Shown piece after piece: positions 40,626 through 51,400 of a stretch of DNA of 64,000 bases; the stretch's first letter is position 1; every line of letters starts with the position of its first letter. The notes beneath the pieces are model-generated. The model made no database searches. It was not told where the DNA came from and saw only the letters and a list, made by a program, of their open reading frames with translations. The position numbers were made by a program, and so were the translations under genes. The stretch comes from Gnetum montanum (taxonomy: Eukaryota; Plantae; Gnetophyta): positions 165,843-229,842 of the forward strand of contig MNCI01003401.1 in NCBI GenBank assembly GCA_015680685.1. The letters run 5' to 3'.

Positions 40626-41524
40626 TGATGAAGTGTCATTAGTCGATGCATCAACTAGGCTGCGTATATGCAGCCACGTCGATGCGGCCCTATCGACGTA
40701 GCCTTCCATGCGTCAACGTGGCCTTGTTTACGCGGAGCCGATTTTGGCCTATAAATAAGAGGGCCTTCCGCCTTATTTAGGTACCTTTCAGTTAGTTGTA
40801 GTGAAGCTCTTGCAGTTTGTTCCCACATGAGATAGAAGATTTTCCAAGTGCCCGCAGCAGGTGTAAGAAAAGTACTCGGCCCTTTATTCAAGTGTTGATG
40901 TATCTGAGCCCATTGGCATGACAGCAATAAAGACAAACTCTTCAAGCATTCCTTGCAGCATTTGGACTTAGCCATTTTATGCATTCAGTAGTTTAATATG
41001 TTTATGCTTTGTTGATTGCTTGTTAATTACTTAAGTTTCTGTTATTGTTATTTTAATTGCTATCGCTCCTTTATAGTTCATCAAGGCCATAAGTATGACC
41101 ATCTCGAATGTAAACCAAACACTTGGTGAACCTAGTGACGCTTAATGTCTAGTAACCCAGAAGTGCTTAGGGGATGCTCAGAATGTGCCCGGAAGATGGG
41201 ATCGGATACTTATGCTAGGAATAGTTAGAATACAAATTAGGATAATTATAGATTAGAAAAAGGCTCAACCTTTACTTTCCACACTTTAATTAAACACCAA
41301 AAGATAAGTAAAAGTTATAAAAATCATTAGTCTTAATCTCACTTAACCATAGCAAACAGAACATCACAAATGAGATTAGGAAGGCAATGACCATTCTAAC
41401 CCAAGGGTTCGCTGGTTAGAGTTTGGTGTATGTTAAGTGGTTACAGTCTATGGAATTCGACCGAGTCACGTGTGAACGCCCGTGATTCGTATGGTTGGGC
41501 ATAGGGGTACCTAGCCGCTCATCA
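40626..41524 (+). repeat. N2 3' LTR
   Basis: Pair of 27863-28732; palindromic GGCTGCGTATATGCAGCC at 40658; TATAAATA at 40750-40757. Confidence 0.92.
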
Positions 41525-41529
41525 GTGAC

Positions 41530-41724
41530 CTAGTCCTTAAGAGAGATAGAGCATCTGGTCAAACTGGCCCTCAAACTAATTTTTCCCCCATGTGGTTAGG
41601 TCCATTCCAAATTGTAGACATCATTGCCCCAAATGTGTTCAAGATTGTTGATTTGCAAGGACATCGGTTGAATAAGAATTTTAATGCATTTTATTTGAAG
41701 CATTTCTACTCAGATGCCCCACAT
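41530..41724 (+). pseudogene. Tat pol, part 3: integrase GPY/F module
   Basis: (FQVGD)LVLKR..FSPMWLGPFQIVDII..FNAFYLKHFY; the frame continues from 27862 once N2 is removed; runs into an N gap. Confidence 0.88.
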
Positions 41725-41849
41725 NNNNNNNNNNNNNNNNNNNNNNNNNNNNNNNNNNNNNNNNNNNNNNNNNNNNNNNNNNNNNNNNNNNNNNNNNNNN
41801 NNNNNNNNNNNNNNNNNNNNNNNNNNNNNNNNNNNNNNNNNNNNNNNNT
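41725..41849. other. Assembly gap (N run)
   Basis: N bases; further gaps at 57864-57892 and 63421-63724. Confidence 1.
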
Positions 41850-42787
41850 AGATTTATACAAACTTATCATGTTATCATCATGATCATGTGAGTGTAGGAT
41901 ATGTGATGTTGGAGAGTAGTTAGTCATAATCACTAGGTGACCTTGGAAAATTCTATCCTTTCTTCTCATAAACCCTAGCCCTCAGGTGTGATGATCCATG
42001 GTTATCCTATGAACAATGGGGTGAAGTGTGTTCATTTCTACTTGAGAGTCCTTAGCCACCTAAGAGACCTGCTATGATGTCATTAATCAAAGGCACATAC
42101 ACGAGGGTTGAACTACACCATGGAAAAAGTTTTCGAAAGGACCATGCTCTTTAGCAGTGCAGCTAATTAGCCAAACTCGTGTTGGAATTCCTACCTCAAG
42201 AATGAAGTACATCATGAGCAAAGTTTCCTAAAAAAAATGAGGACCATGTTCATTAGCAGTGTAATAAGTTCTTGAGTGTGATGGGGTTCAGCAACAATCC
42301 TCACCCTAACCTTCGTTTTCCCTTTAGAATATAAATTTAAAAAGAACCCAAGGAAAAATCTGAAAGTTGTGGCTTAATATAATCTAACATGAGCTTTAGC
42401 TCGTCCTCCTCATTAAGTTTTGTACAAGTCACATGCTCAAAATAGTCTGCATACTTTTACTGTTACCTTGTGAGAATATTGAGAATGAGAACTTAATTAT
42501 ATATATACACATAAACATAATTACATATATATATATATATATCTATCGATTAGATTTATAATAATAAATTATATATTTAGATCTTAATGGTGATTTGGAT
42601 GGCCCATGTCAATGTCTCTTTTGATTATTTGGTTATTTTGATCATGTGTAGAACATTATAGTTTACTTTCAAGTTTGCATTTCCTATTTTGTGATGTTTT
42701 TGTTTCTCCATTTGTTGCATTTTCATTCAAAATTTTATGATTTTGCTATCCTTGCACTTGCATGCACTTTGTAGTTTGGGGGCTAAG

Positions 42788-45174
42788 TGTTGAGGTCAAC
42801 CTCATCATGCTAAGCATGGGGCCATTATCAACAATATTAAAAGTGAAAATCCCACTTATCTCCCCTTGTGAGACCATAAAAATGAACTTCACATACATTT
42901 CCTCATGGGAAAGTTAAAAGAAATAGCATGAAAAGACACTCATAGAGATTCAATAGGAAACATATCAAATAAAGTATGTGTTGATGACAACATTACCTAA
43001 GCTAGGCACAAGCCACAATCAACGCACATGTAGGCAATTATAGTTGCAAAGTAGTTAAAATGCACATATTTAATTCATAGGAATTCAACAAATGATATAC
43101 TTATTTTATGTGGAAAAAGCAAAATATAGGCAATCGAGGTCCCAACCATACATAAAAAAATAAAAATAATAAAATAAAATAAAATTATGAATGTCAACAG
43201 CGACAAATGTTGCATTATAAAAATAAAAATAAAAATAATAAAATAAAATAAAATTATGAATGTCAACAGCGACAAATGTTGCATGAAAAATGTGCGTACG
43301 TGCTTCACTTTTCGTCCAAAGTCTTTTCCGCAATCTACATCACAAACTCCGTCGCCTCTTCCCATGATGCCAGTCTTGTCATCGCAAAAACACAAATAAC
43401 AACACTAATCATCCTTCTCATCGCAATCTAGCCAACGTAAAATTAATAATACGCCACCTGACGTACCTATACATTGTTAACCTTGACAAAAATCAATACC
43501 CCCCATGGGTGAGGCATGGTAACTGACGCAGCGTGATGGCAGTTGATAGTAACATCGGTTGACGGGTTTCTTCTCCTGTGCAGGCTGCTATAAACAGCGG
43601 GGAAGGCACGGGGCAAAGAGGAGAGGGAAGGATGCGTACGGCACGGAACAGTAGTCTCTGGAACCGGCAACACGGTCTGGTTGCTAACCTTTTCTTTGAA
43701 ACGTGCAGCGGCTGGCAGCGCATGTCCGTCAGCAACGACTATTTTATTTTATTTTATTTTATTCTTCTGTATGCGACGCATCTCTTAGCCTCTTGTTCTT
43801 GCGAGCAACGCGCGTCTGACAGCAACGCACCTGCAGACGGCAGCCTTCTCTAGACTCCCGGGCAATGGCAGACACCTGCAGTGAGTCAGCAGGATGGTCA
43901 CGAATAACATGACAGATGCACCGATGGCTACAACTACCCTTGCATCTCAGTGACATACAGCGTGGGAGCAGAGGGTGGCTGAAGTTCTCTTCTCATCAAC
44001 CCCTGTAACTTTTAAGCATCAACAAGTGACATACAGCGTGGGAGCAGAGGGTGGCTGAAGTTCTCTTCTCATCAACCCCTGTAACTTTTAAGCATCAACA
44101 AATTCCCATGGGACACGGCCACTGCTTTGCCTGTACACATTAGAATGCAGAGACACAGACTGCTGATTGACAGAAAGCAATGTGAACCCAGTGCAGAGAC
44201 AAACGCTGCTGCTGTAATTGAATCAGAAAGACTCGAGGCAAAGCATTTCGTCTCAAAGAAGTAACGTGGAAATTGCGTTTAATTTTGATCTTTCAAAAGG
44301 TTGAAGGCACAAATTCAATTTTCGCTTGTTATGTTCTCTTTCTTATTTGTCTCCTGTCACTGTTTTCTAAGCACTCGTTTTTTAAAAAAAAAAAAATTGC
44401 AGACACATTAATTTACCAGTTATTTTTTTTTACTATGTTTTTTTAGTTCATCCATTATTGCTGTATACTAAATCTCATTTTCATTTGAACATTTTTCATT
44501 TAAAGTTTACACATTCTTTGTGTGTTGTATCTAAGTATCTTTAAATATTGTCAAAGTTCATTCATTGCATAAATATTTTTTTTTTATACATGAAAGAGGC
44601 TTAATGATTTAGAAAATAGAAGGTTTCACTTTAAAAGAAGGCTATAAAGGCAATTTGTAATTAGCAAATAAGTTTCACATATAGTTGTAGATGGTAAATA
44701 GTATAATCTAGCAAGCAATCAGGTAAGAGAAGATCTAACCTTAAATAAAAAGCTCCATCTATCCTTGTATATCATATAAAGGTGAGATATGACTTGCATC
44801 AAAGGTTGTGTATATTTACTACCAGTTTATTAACAAATTTTATTTTCATTAATGTTGTTATACATATGGTTAAGAATATTTTATTAGTGGATTTCTAAAT
44901 AGTGCTAAACTCTAGTAAGTGCCCCAACAATATTTACTGAAAATTAGTTTTTGATAGTTATTATATAATTTCCTTGGTTTTCGTATAAGCATTTTAGTTC
45001 CACATTACTTTAGAAATAGTTAGCCTCATTATTATTATTATTATTATTTGTTACATAGCCCTTTTCAGGTGAGACTATTCCTAGTTTCGTACCCATACGG
45101 GAGGTGCCTTAAGCAATAGTCTCCTAAAACGAGTTTTCACAAGGGTTGGCGTGTCCAAAATTTATGCATCAACA
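42788..45174 (+). repeat. Tat element 3' LTR (A-type)
   Basis: Preceded by PPT TTGGGGGCTAAG (42776-42787). Contains internal tandem duplications at ~43165-43285 and 43949-44100 (76 bp x2). Confidence 0.92.
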
Positions 45175-45311
45175 ATGCACAATTAGGGTATCTCTGTTGC
45201 ACCCGTGAACAGGAGAAGAGAAATATATTCGATAAAAGACTGTAGCAAGTCCTTGACAAATGTTTCCAAATTTCACAACTACTTCTCACTTCTAAGCCTT
45301 TATCTCATGCT
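45175..45311 (+). pseudogene. Duplicated 137-bp piece of ZFC3H1 exon
   Basis: Direct repeat of 46867-47003 with 7 substitutions counted by eye, including a TTG>TAG stop. Confidence 0.9.
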
Positions 45312-46866
45312 TGTTGAGGTCAACCTCACCCATGCTAGGCATGGGGTCATTATCAATGCACAAGTAGGAAATTATAGTTGCAAAGTAGTCAAAATGCACA
45401 AATCAAATTCATAGGAATTCAACAAACGCTATACTGGTTTTATGTAAAAAAGCAAAATATACACAAAAGGTCCTCAACCACACATAAATAAAATAAAATA
45501 AAAATTATGAATTTCAATTGCTAAATGAGCGAGCACTACACCAACACATGATAAATAGTGCATCACATGCTTTGCACGGACCTCTAAAAGATGACCTCAA
45601 TGTAACCTATCAATCATGCTGTTGGTACTAATTGCCCCTTGGAGAGAGAAAGTGATATAAAGAAATTCCATTTAGAAAAGAAAAGAAATAAAATCAAGAT
45701 AAAAGATAAGTCACCTGAAAAATGCCAACAAAATAGCATATCTTTAAATTATAAAACATGCTAATGACTACATAATTTGTGCAAGTCTAATGAATTGATT
45801 TTCATATTTTTTTAAAAAAAGAATTACATATTTACAAACGTTTGTAAAACATTTAGGGTTAGGGTTTCTCCCGCAGGCCGCTATTTACAACGGAGCCTAC
45901 CAAAGCCAAAGGAGGGGCGGAGCCAGAGTTTGAGGACAATTTTCTGTTCTGTGGCCAGCAGGGTGGGGCACAGATCAGGGCCTTCACTTGCTCTAGCAGT
46001 GCCTTTCGGCAGCCCTTCTCTGTGCCACGTACTCCAACAATTCGCACCAGAAACACACCGACAGTGGAGGGGTTTTTCGACAATCTTCTCTCTTCTGCCG
46101 GCAAGCAGCAAATCTCGCTCTCTCTCCTGTAGGTCGAACAAGCCCGGACGAGTAGCAAATCTCTCTCCCTTTCCTGCAGGCTAGACGAACAGCAACGCGG
46201 GCTTCTCGTCAACCACAGACAACACACAACGTTGCCAACCAAGGGGCCGCAGCAGCAAACGACCTGCGGTGGACGGTGCATCACAGTGACGGCCATAGTT
46301 GCAGCACCAATGACCGCAAATGGCAGCAGACAGCAACTCAGGCAAGGCCTCTTTGGAGGTGCATGCCCAGTCGGTGATTGGTGCCGCATTAACGATGCGG
46401 ACACCGTGAGGGGTGTCGATAGAAGTCTTTCTTTCTGCCTATAAATAGAAACCTGCCAGAGACAGGTTGCATGCACAGGTAACACATATAGCATTAACAT
46501 CGTTTTGTTCTTTATTTATTTGCTTTCAAACAACAGGGATAGATTTTTCTCTTTGCCATCTCCAAGTGCAGAAGTAATCGCGCTGGCAGACAACTTTTAC
46601 AGTTTTCAATATTATTATTTGCATTTTATTTCGAATGTTATTGTACTCTTTTAAATTGCCCAAATTATTTAACTTTTCAATATTCTTATTAAATTTAAAT
46701 CTTTTAATATTTTGTTTTAAATATTATTATTGTTGTTTTTGTCACATGGGCCTTTCCAACTGAGACTATTCCTGGGTTTCGTACCCATACGGGAGGCGCC
46801 CTAGGCAATAGTTTCTTAAAACGAGCTTTCACAGGTGTTCGCGTGTTCAAAATTTACGCATCAACA
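45312..46866 (+). mobile_element. Tat-family solo or chimeric LTR (A-type 5' end, B-type core)
   Basis: TGTTGAGGTCAACC..ACGCATCAACA. First ~200 bp match 42788 and 43020-43200; core matches 440-1195 and 60285-61189. Flanked by a 137-bp duplication rather than a 5-bp TSD. Confidence 0.88.
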
Positions 46867-47536
46867 ATGCACAATTAGGGTATCTCTGTTGCAGCCGTGA
46901 ACAGGAGAGGGGAAATATATTCGATAAAAGACTGTTGCAAGTCCTTGACAAATGTTTCCAAATTTCACAGCTACTTCCCACTTCTAAGCCTTTATCTCAT
47001 GCCTTTTGTGAGAAGATAAAGAAACCATGACTTAGGCATTTTGTTGGCAATCTGCTAGGTCCCATTCCACTAGACTCATCTATGCTTAATCTAGTTTTAA
47101 AGACTTGGTATGGACCATCACTGTTACCCAAGAAGTTTGTTGCATTTAAGGATATGGTCGATTTCATTGAAGGCTGTCTCAAACTGGCTCCTGCTAATCT
47201 CATGCTGGTTCTTTCTGTGTCTAGGTTGGTAGCGGAATTTTACAATTCATCAAAAATTTCCTCTCTTTCTAGCCTTCTTTGGACAGCCTCGGTTTTAATA
47301 AATTGTTTGTTTTTGTCTTTTCCACCTGCCTCTGAAGATGAGTGGTTAGAAGTAGCAAGCTTTCTTAAGCTTCTAGGGGACAATAGCATCCTTCACCAGT
47401 TTTATGAAAATGCATTGTCTGTTCATCCTTTCTCTGTTGCTTTGTGGCACTCTTTCTTTTTGTTTCGTAAACAACAGGGGGGAAAATAAATGGAATGTCA
47501 GATGTTGCAAAATTACGCGGTATCAGTATCCAGTGA
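46867..47536 (+). pseudogene. ZFC3H1: ZFC3H1/Red1-like pseudogene, 3' portion
   Basis: In frame with ..VKEYA at 10971: QLGYLCC..KPLSHAFCEKIKKP*LRHFVGNLLGP..LNLVLKTWYGPSLLP..ALSVHPFSVALW; a frameshift then leads to ..VAKLRGISIQ* (47534-47536). Confidence 0.85.
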
Positions 47537-48479
47537 ACGTGGATTGGACTTCTGGAACAGCTTTCATTCTTAGTTGTTACATTTAGGATGTGGAAAGCTA
47601 AGCTTCAAAAAAAATTTTGCGGTAGTTACTAATATTTTTTACTTTTTGTTATTGCAATTTGGGATTCATGTTGAAAGGGCATCCGTTATCAATGTTCACA
47701 TGATCAGAATTCTACTTCATATGCTTGCTCTTTTCCTGATCTGATTCCATTTTTGTATATTGAGCTGCTGCTTTTGATATCTATACATGTACATTGCCCA
47801 ATGCTGGTCACCATTTCGGAGGATGGCACCACTCTGAGGTTGGTTACACCTTCATTATCATTTGAAACTTCATTGATTCTTAATAACCATATTCAGGTAA
47901 CGTCAAATTGTCATGCATTTTATCTCTGTTATAATTTCGTTAATTACAATTAAAGTCAGCCAAGCATGTCTCTCGGTTTATTTTTTTCATTTATGCATTC
48001 ATTTCTGGTGGTCAACTGCTCCAGCTTTTCTTATTGCAGGTTACTTAAGATATGATGGCCTCGAATGCAGCAGCAGCAGAAATTTTTTGGGGCCAGAATT
48101 ACTTTTGAAAGATCATTTTTTGAGAATCATGAATTTTGTTAATTCACATCACTGACACTGTCATCATGCCTTGTGTATTTTTAGAAGGCACCAATGAGTC
48201 TCTGTAACTGACGGATCTACCTAATGTGCTTGTCCTTCGGTTGAAATTTTTTTGTTTTCTACAAAATGTACTCCTTTTGACGGTGCTTGTTTTCTTGGGA
48301 AGCTGCAAATGTTGAAGATGATTGTTTTCAAATTGGTTTGCATATCTACCATGTATTCTGCTAAAATTTACTTTGACGTGTTCTACTTATCATATGTGAA
48401 GATTCCAAGACCTTACGATCTAGTGAACAAATCTAATCGAATCTTGTATATGTAATTTCTGAAACTCATTTTCCACTAG

Positions 48480-51400
48480 GATTAAGCATGTTTGGGAGGG
48501 TGCAACCAAGTTGAAATTATACTTGCAAACTAAAAGTCAGAGTAAAGAAAGAGCACTATCAAAAACCAACAAACAATTGGACACTTACAGGGTTAAACAA
48601 ACAAGTTCACAATCACAAAGGAATGCATAGGATATGTGAGATACCGTGTATGGTGATCTCTCTCCCTAGAGGACCTTCTCAAAGAGGTCCATCTAGATCT
48701 CCCTTCCAAAGAAGAAACATTGGTCATTGAGTATGAAAAAGTTCCACTATTGCACCAGTTTCCCCAGCCCTCTCCTTGACTATGCAACCCTAATTGTGTA
48801 ATATTTGTGGGAAAGGGAACCATGCCACCAAGAAGTGCCGCATGCACCCCAAGGGGGCTAGCCAATGACTAGAAGGTCCTAACAATGGGTGGGTGTTAGC
48901 AAGAAGGAAAGATTGGGTTACTCTAGTCATGCCCTCCTCTCCTGCTCCCCCTCCCCCTCCACCAACAAAGAAGAGAAAGAGGGCCAAGGGGGCAGAGTTA
49001 GGAAGTTGCTTTTCCTTGCTTATGAGCTTATTAGATGAGGAGGTATAACCCAAGCATACTCCTTCATGCCTTGTGGTGGAACTCTTGTTCTTGGGGGATT
49101 GGATTTTGGTAGCACAGGTTCCTTCTTGCAATCTATGGAGTTGGTTGTTAAACAATTGGGGGAGGCCCATGGATTCACAGTAAAGCCTAAGTCAAAGAAG
49201 GCCGCGAGGCTAAATGGGCAAGAGATGAGTTTGAAGAAGACCTAGCAAGAGATTGATTTAGGGGCTCAAACAATCCTCAAAAAGGTGAATAAGAAGAGGT
49301 CTACTAGTAGACCATGAAAATCTTATCATGGAATTACAGTGGACAAGGTATCCCTTAAAAAAGATGTACCTTAAAAGAACTGGTGTGCATAGGCAACTCC
49401 AATGAGACTAAGCCACACAATGTATAATTTTAGAATGGCAAGGATGACATATCATTTTTGTGGATTCCCATAAAAATATGGAAGGGTTAGCAACTATTTT
49501 TAAGAGTTTGGTGGATGTGGTTGATTCATCCCAATGGAGTATTACTATCTTCATGCCCTCACAAAGATTGTTGTTGAAAAACTTCTATGGGATATAAGAT
49601 CAGGAAGAGCAGCTACAGGAGTTGCATAGGATTGCCAACCAAATTCCAAATAGGAAAGCTTGGATTATGAGAGGAGACTTCAACCAATGATTGTTTGCGT
49701 GGGTGCCTGGGAAAAGATGGGGTCTTGTAGTACCTTCAAACTTTTGAAATGATGGATGTGGAGATCAAAGAATATCATTTCACCTAGAGTAACAAATGGA
49801 AAGGGGTTAAATGGGTGATGTCAAGGATCGAGATAGTGTGGGTTAGCATGATGCTTTTCCTTACCCATGAGGTTACTGTCATTGGGTATTAGAGAAGAGC
49901 TTTAGATCATTGAGCATTTCTTTGCTCCATCCACAATGCTAGTAAGCTAGGGTTGACTCCCTTTAGACTAGAGTGATCGTGGTTGACTAAACCTTGGTTT
50001 AGCCAACTTGTTTCAGTGGAAGAGGTATCCATCATAGGCAAACCTTCAAGAATTCCTTAAATGAGGACTTTCTTTGCTCAAATAGAAGATTTGAAAAGTG
50101 CAGAAGGGTGATAAATATGCTTTCTAAGCTTATCATGATAACCTGCAGGACCAACTACTTGATATTCAACCTTGACAAGAGTTGGAACAATCCTTGGATG
50201 AGGAAAAGCATGATCTTATCATTCAACTACAATAGCAATTAGAAGAAAAAGAGCAATACTAGAAAGAAAGAGCACATGCAAGATGGCTAAAGGATGAGGA
50301 TCAAAACACCAAATTATTTTTCATCATATCAAAAGGAAAAAAGGAGACTAAAATGATACATGTTGTATCCCAACGGGAAAACATGGTGCACGACACATGT
50401 CATAGCCCTAGTTATGCAACAATACTGGTCTATAATATAGATAAGGGGAGATCTCTCTCCCAGCTTCATTCAAATCTAAAGGATCATCTAGGATTCGGAT
50501 AATGAAATATTAATAGCTTCCATTACCAAACAAGAGATCTTAGAGGTCCTGAGATCTTTGAAAATAGGTAGGACCTTGAGGTCGAATGGGTAGCCAGTAG
50601 AGTTTTTCAAAGAACTATATGACCTCCTTGGGGATAATAGTGTAGACATCTTCAACCTCATGCTTCAATGGGGAAAGATCAGGCACAAAATTAACTGCTC
50701 AAGAATTATGCTCATACCAAAAATACCTCATCCTACTCAACTAGTCCACTTTAGATTGATAGGAGTATGCAATACATTGCTCAAATTATTCACAAAGATC
50801 CTTGTCATAAGGTTGCAATTGCTAATGCCTTCCCTTGTGGAAATCCAACAAGCTAGTTTCATTAAGGGGAGGTATATTCAAAATTAGATAGTACTACTAC
50901 TACAAGAGATCATGCGCTATGTACAAAAACTCAAATCCCCAAGTATGTGCATCAAACTAGACATAGCTAAGGCATATGATACAGTATATTGGGGCTTCCT
51001 CAAGGACATTATGCTATGAAAAGGACTCAATCCAACGTTTGTAGACTTATGTATAAACTTTTAGGCAACCGAGGCATCCTCTTTTGACACTAATGATTGG
51101 TTGTGGGAGTTTCCTCCCCACATAGGGGATCCCCTTTCACCATACATGTTCATCATAGCCATGCACACTATGAATTCATATTGTAAGCCAGAAGGAGTTC
51201 ATAGATTGAACATTGAGAGGATCACATATATGATACTATGTGGACAATATGATATTGGTCACTAGGGTGGCAATGTCACAAGAAAATGCCATGGCGAGAG
51301 CCCTCTAAAAAATGTCTTATAAGATTGAACTTAATGTTAACTAGGAAAAATTTGCAGCACACTTCTTCTATACAGACATAGTTGTTAAAGGAAAAATATG

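Larger units (their letters stand above)
27863..41524 (+). mobile_element. Athila-like LTR retrotransposon N2 (gag-pol + accessory ORF), decayed
   Basis: TGATGA..CATCA LTRs; TSD GTGAC at 27858-27862 and 41525-41529; tRNA-Asp PBS TGGCGCCATTGCTGGGGA at 28734-28751; PPT TTAGCCGTGGGGGTA at 40611-40625. Confidence 0.95.
10972..45174 (+). mobile_element. Ty3/gypsy Tat (TatI/TatII-type, aRH between PR and RT) LTR retrotransposon, decayed, with nested insertions
   Basis: TGTTGA..TCAACA LTR pair; TSD ATGCA at 10967-10971 and 45175-45179; PBS, PPT and gag-PR-aRH-RT-RH-INT all identifiable. Confidence 0.95.

Noticed and set aside
42497-42543. (AT)n tracts in the Tat 3' untranslated region as a promoter
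   Set aside because: Simple microsatellite with no downstream ORF or motif array.
45175-45311. 137-bp repeat as a genuine TSD or simple assembly stutter
   Set aside because: This family makes 5-bp TSDs (ATGCA, CCATC), and the two copies differ at about 7 positions.
45853-45868. TTTAGGGTTAGGGTTT as interstitial telomere (also ~343-359, 60286, 41970)
   Set aside because: Only 1-2 units within LTR or UTR sequence; telo-box-like at most.
45859-46500. 213-aa ORF and similar ORFs at 490-847, 11502-11802 and 43467-43956
   Set aside because: They lie in GC-richer LTR cores, frames are not kept between LTR copies, and no domain is recognisable.
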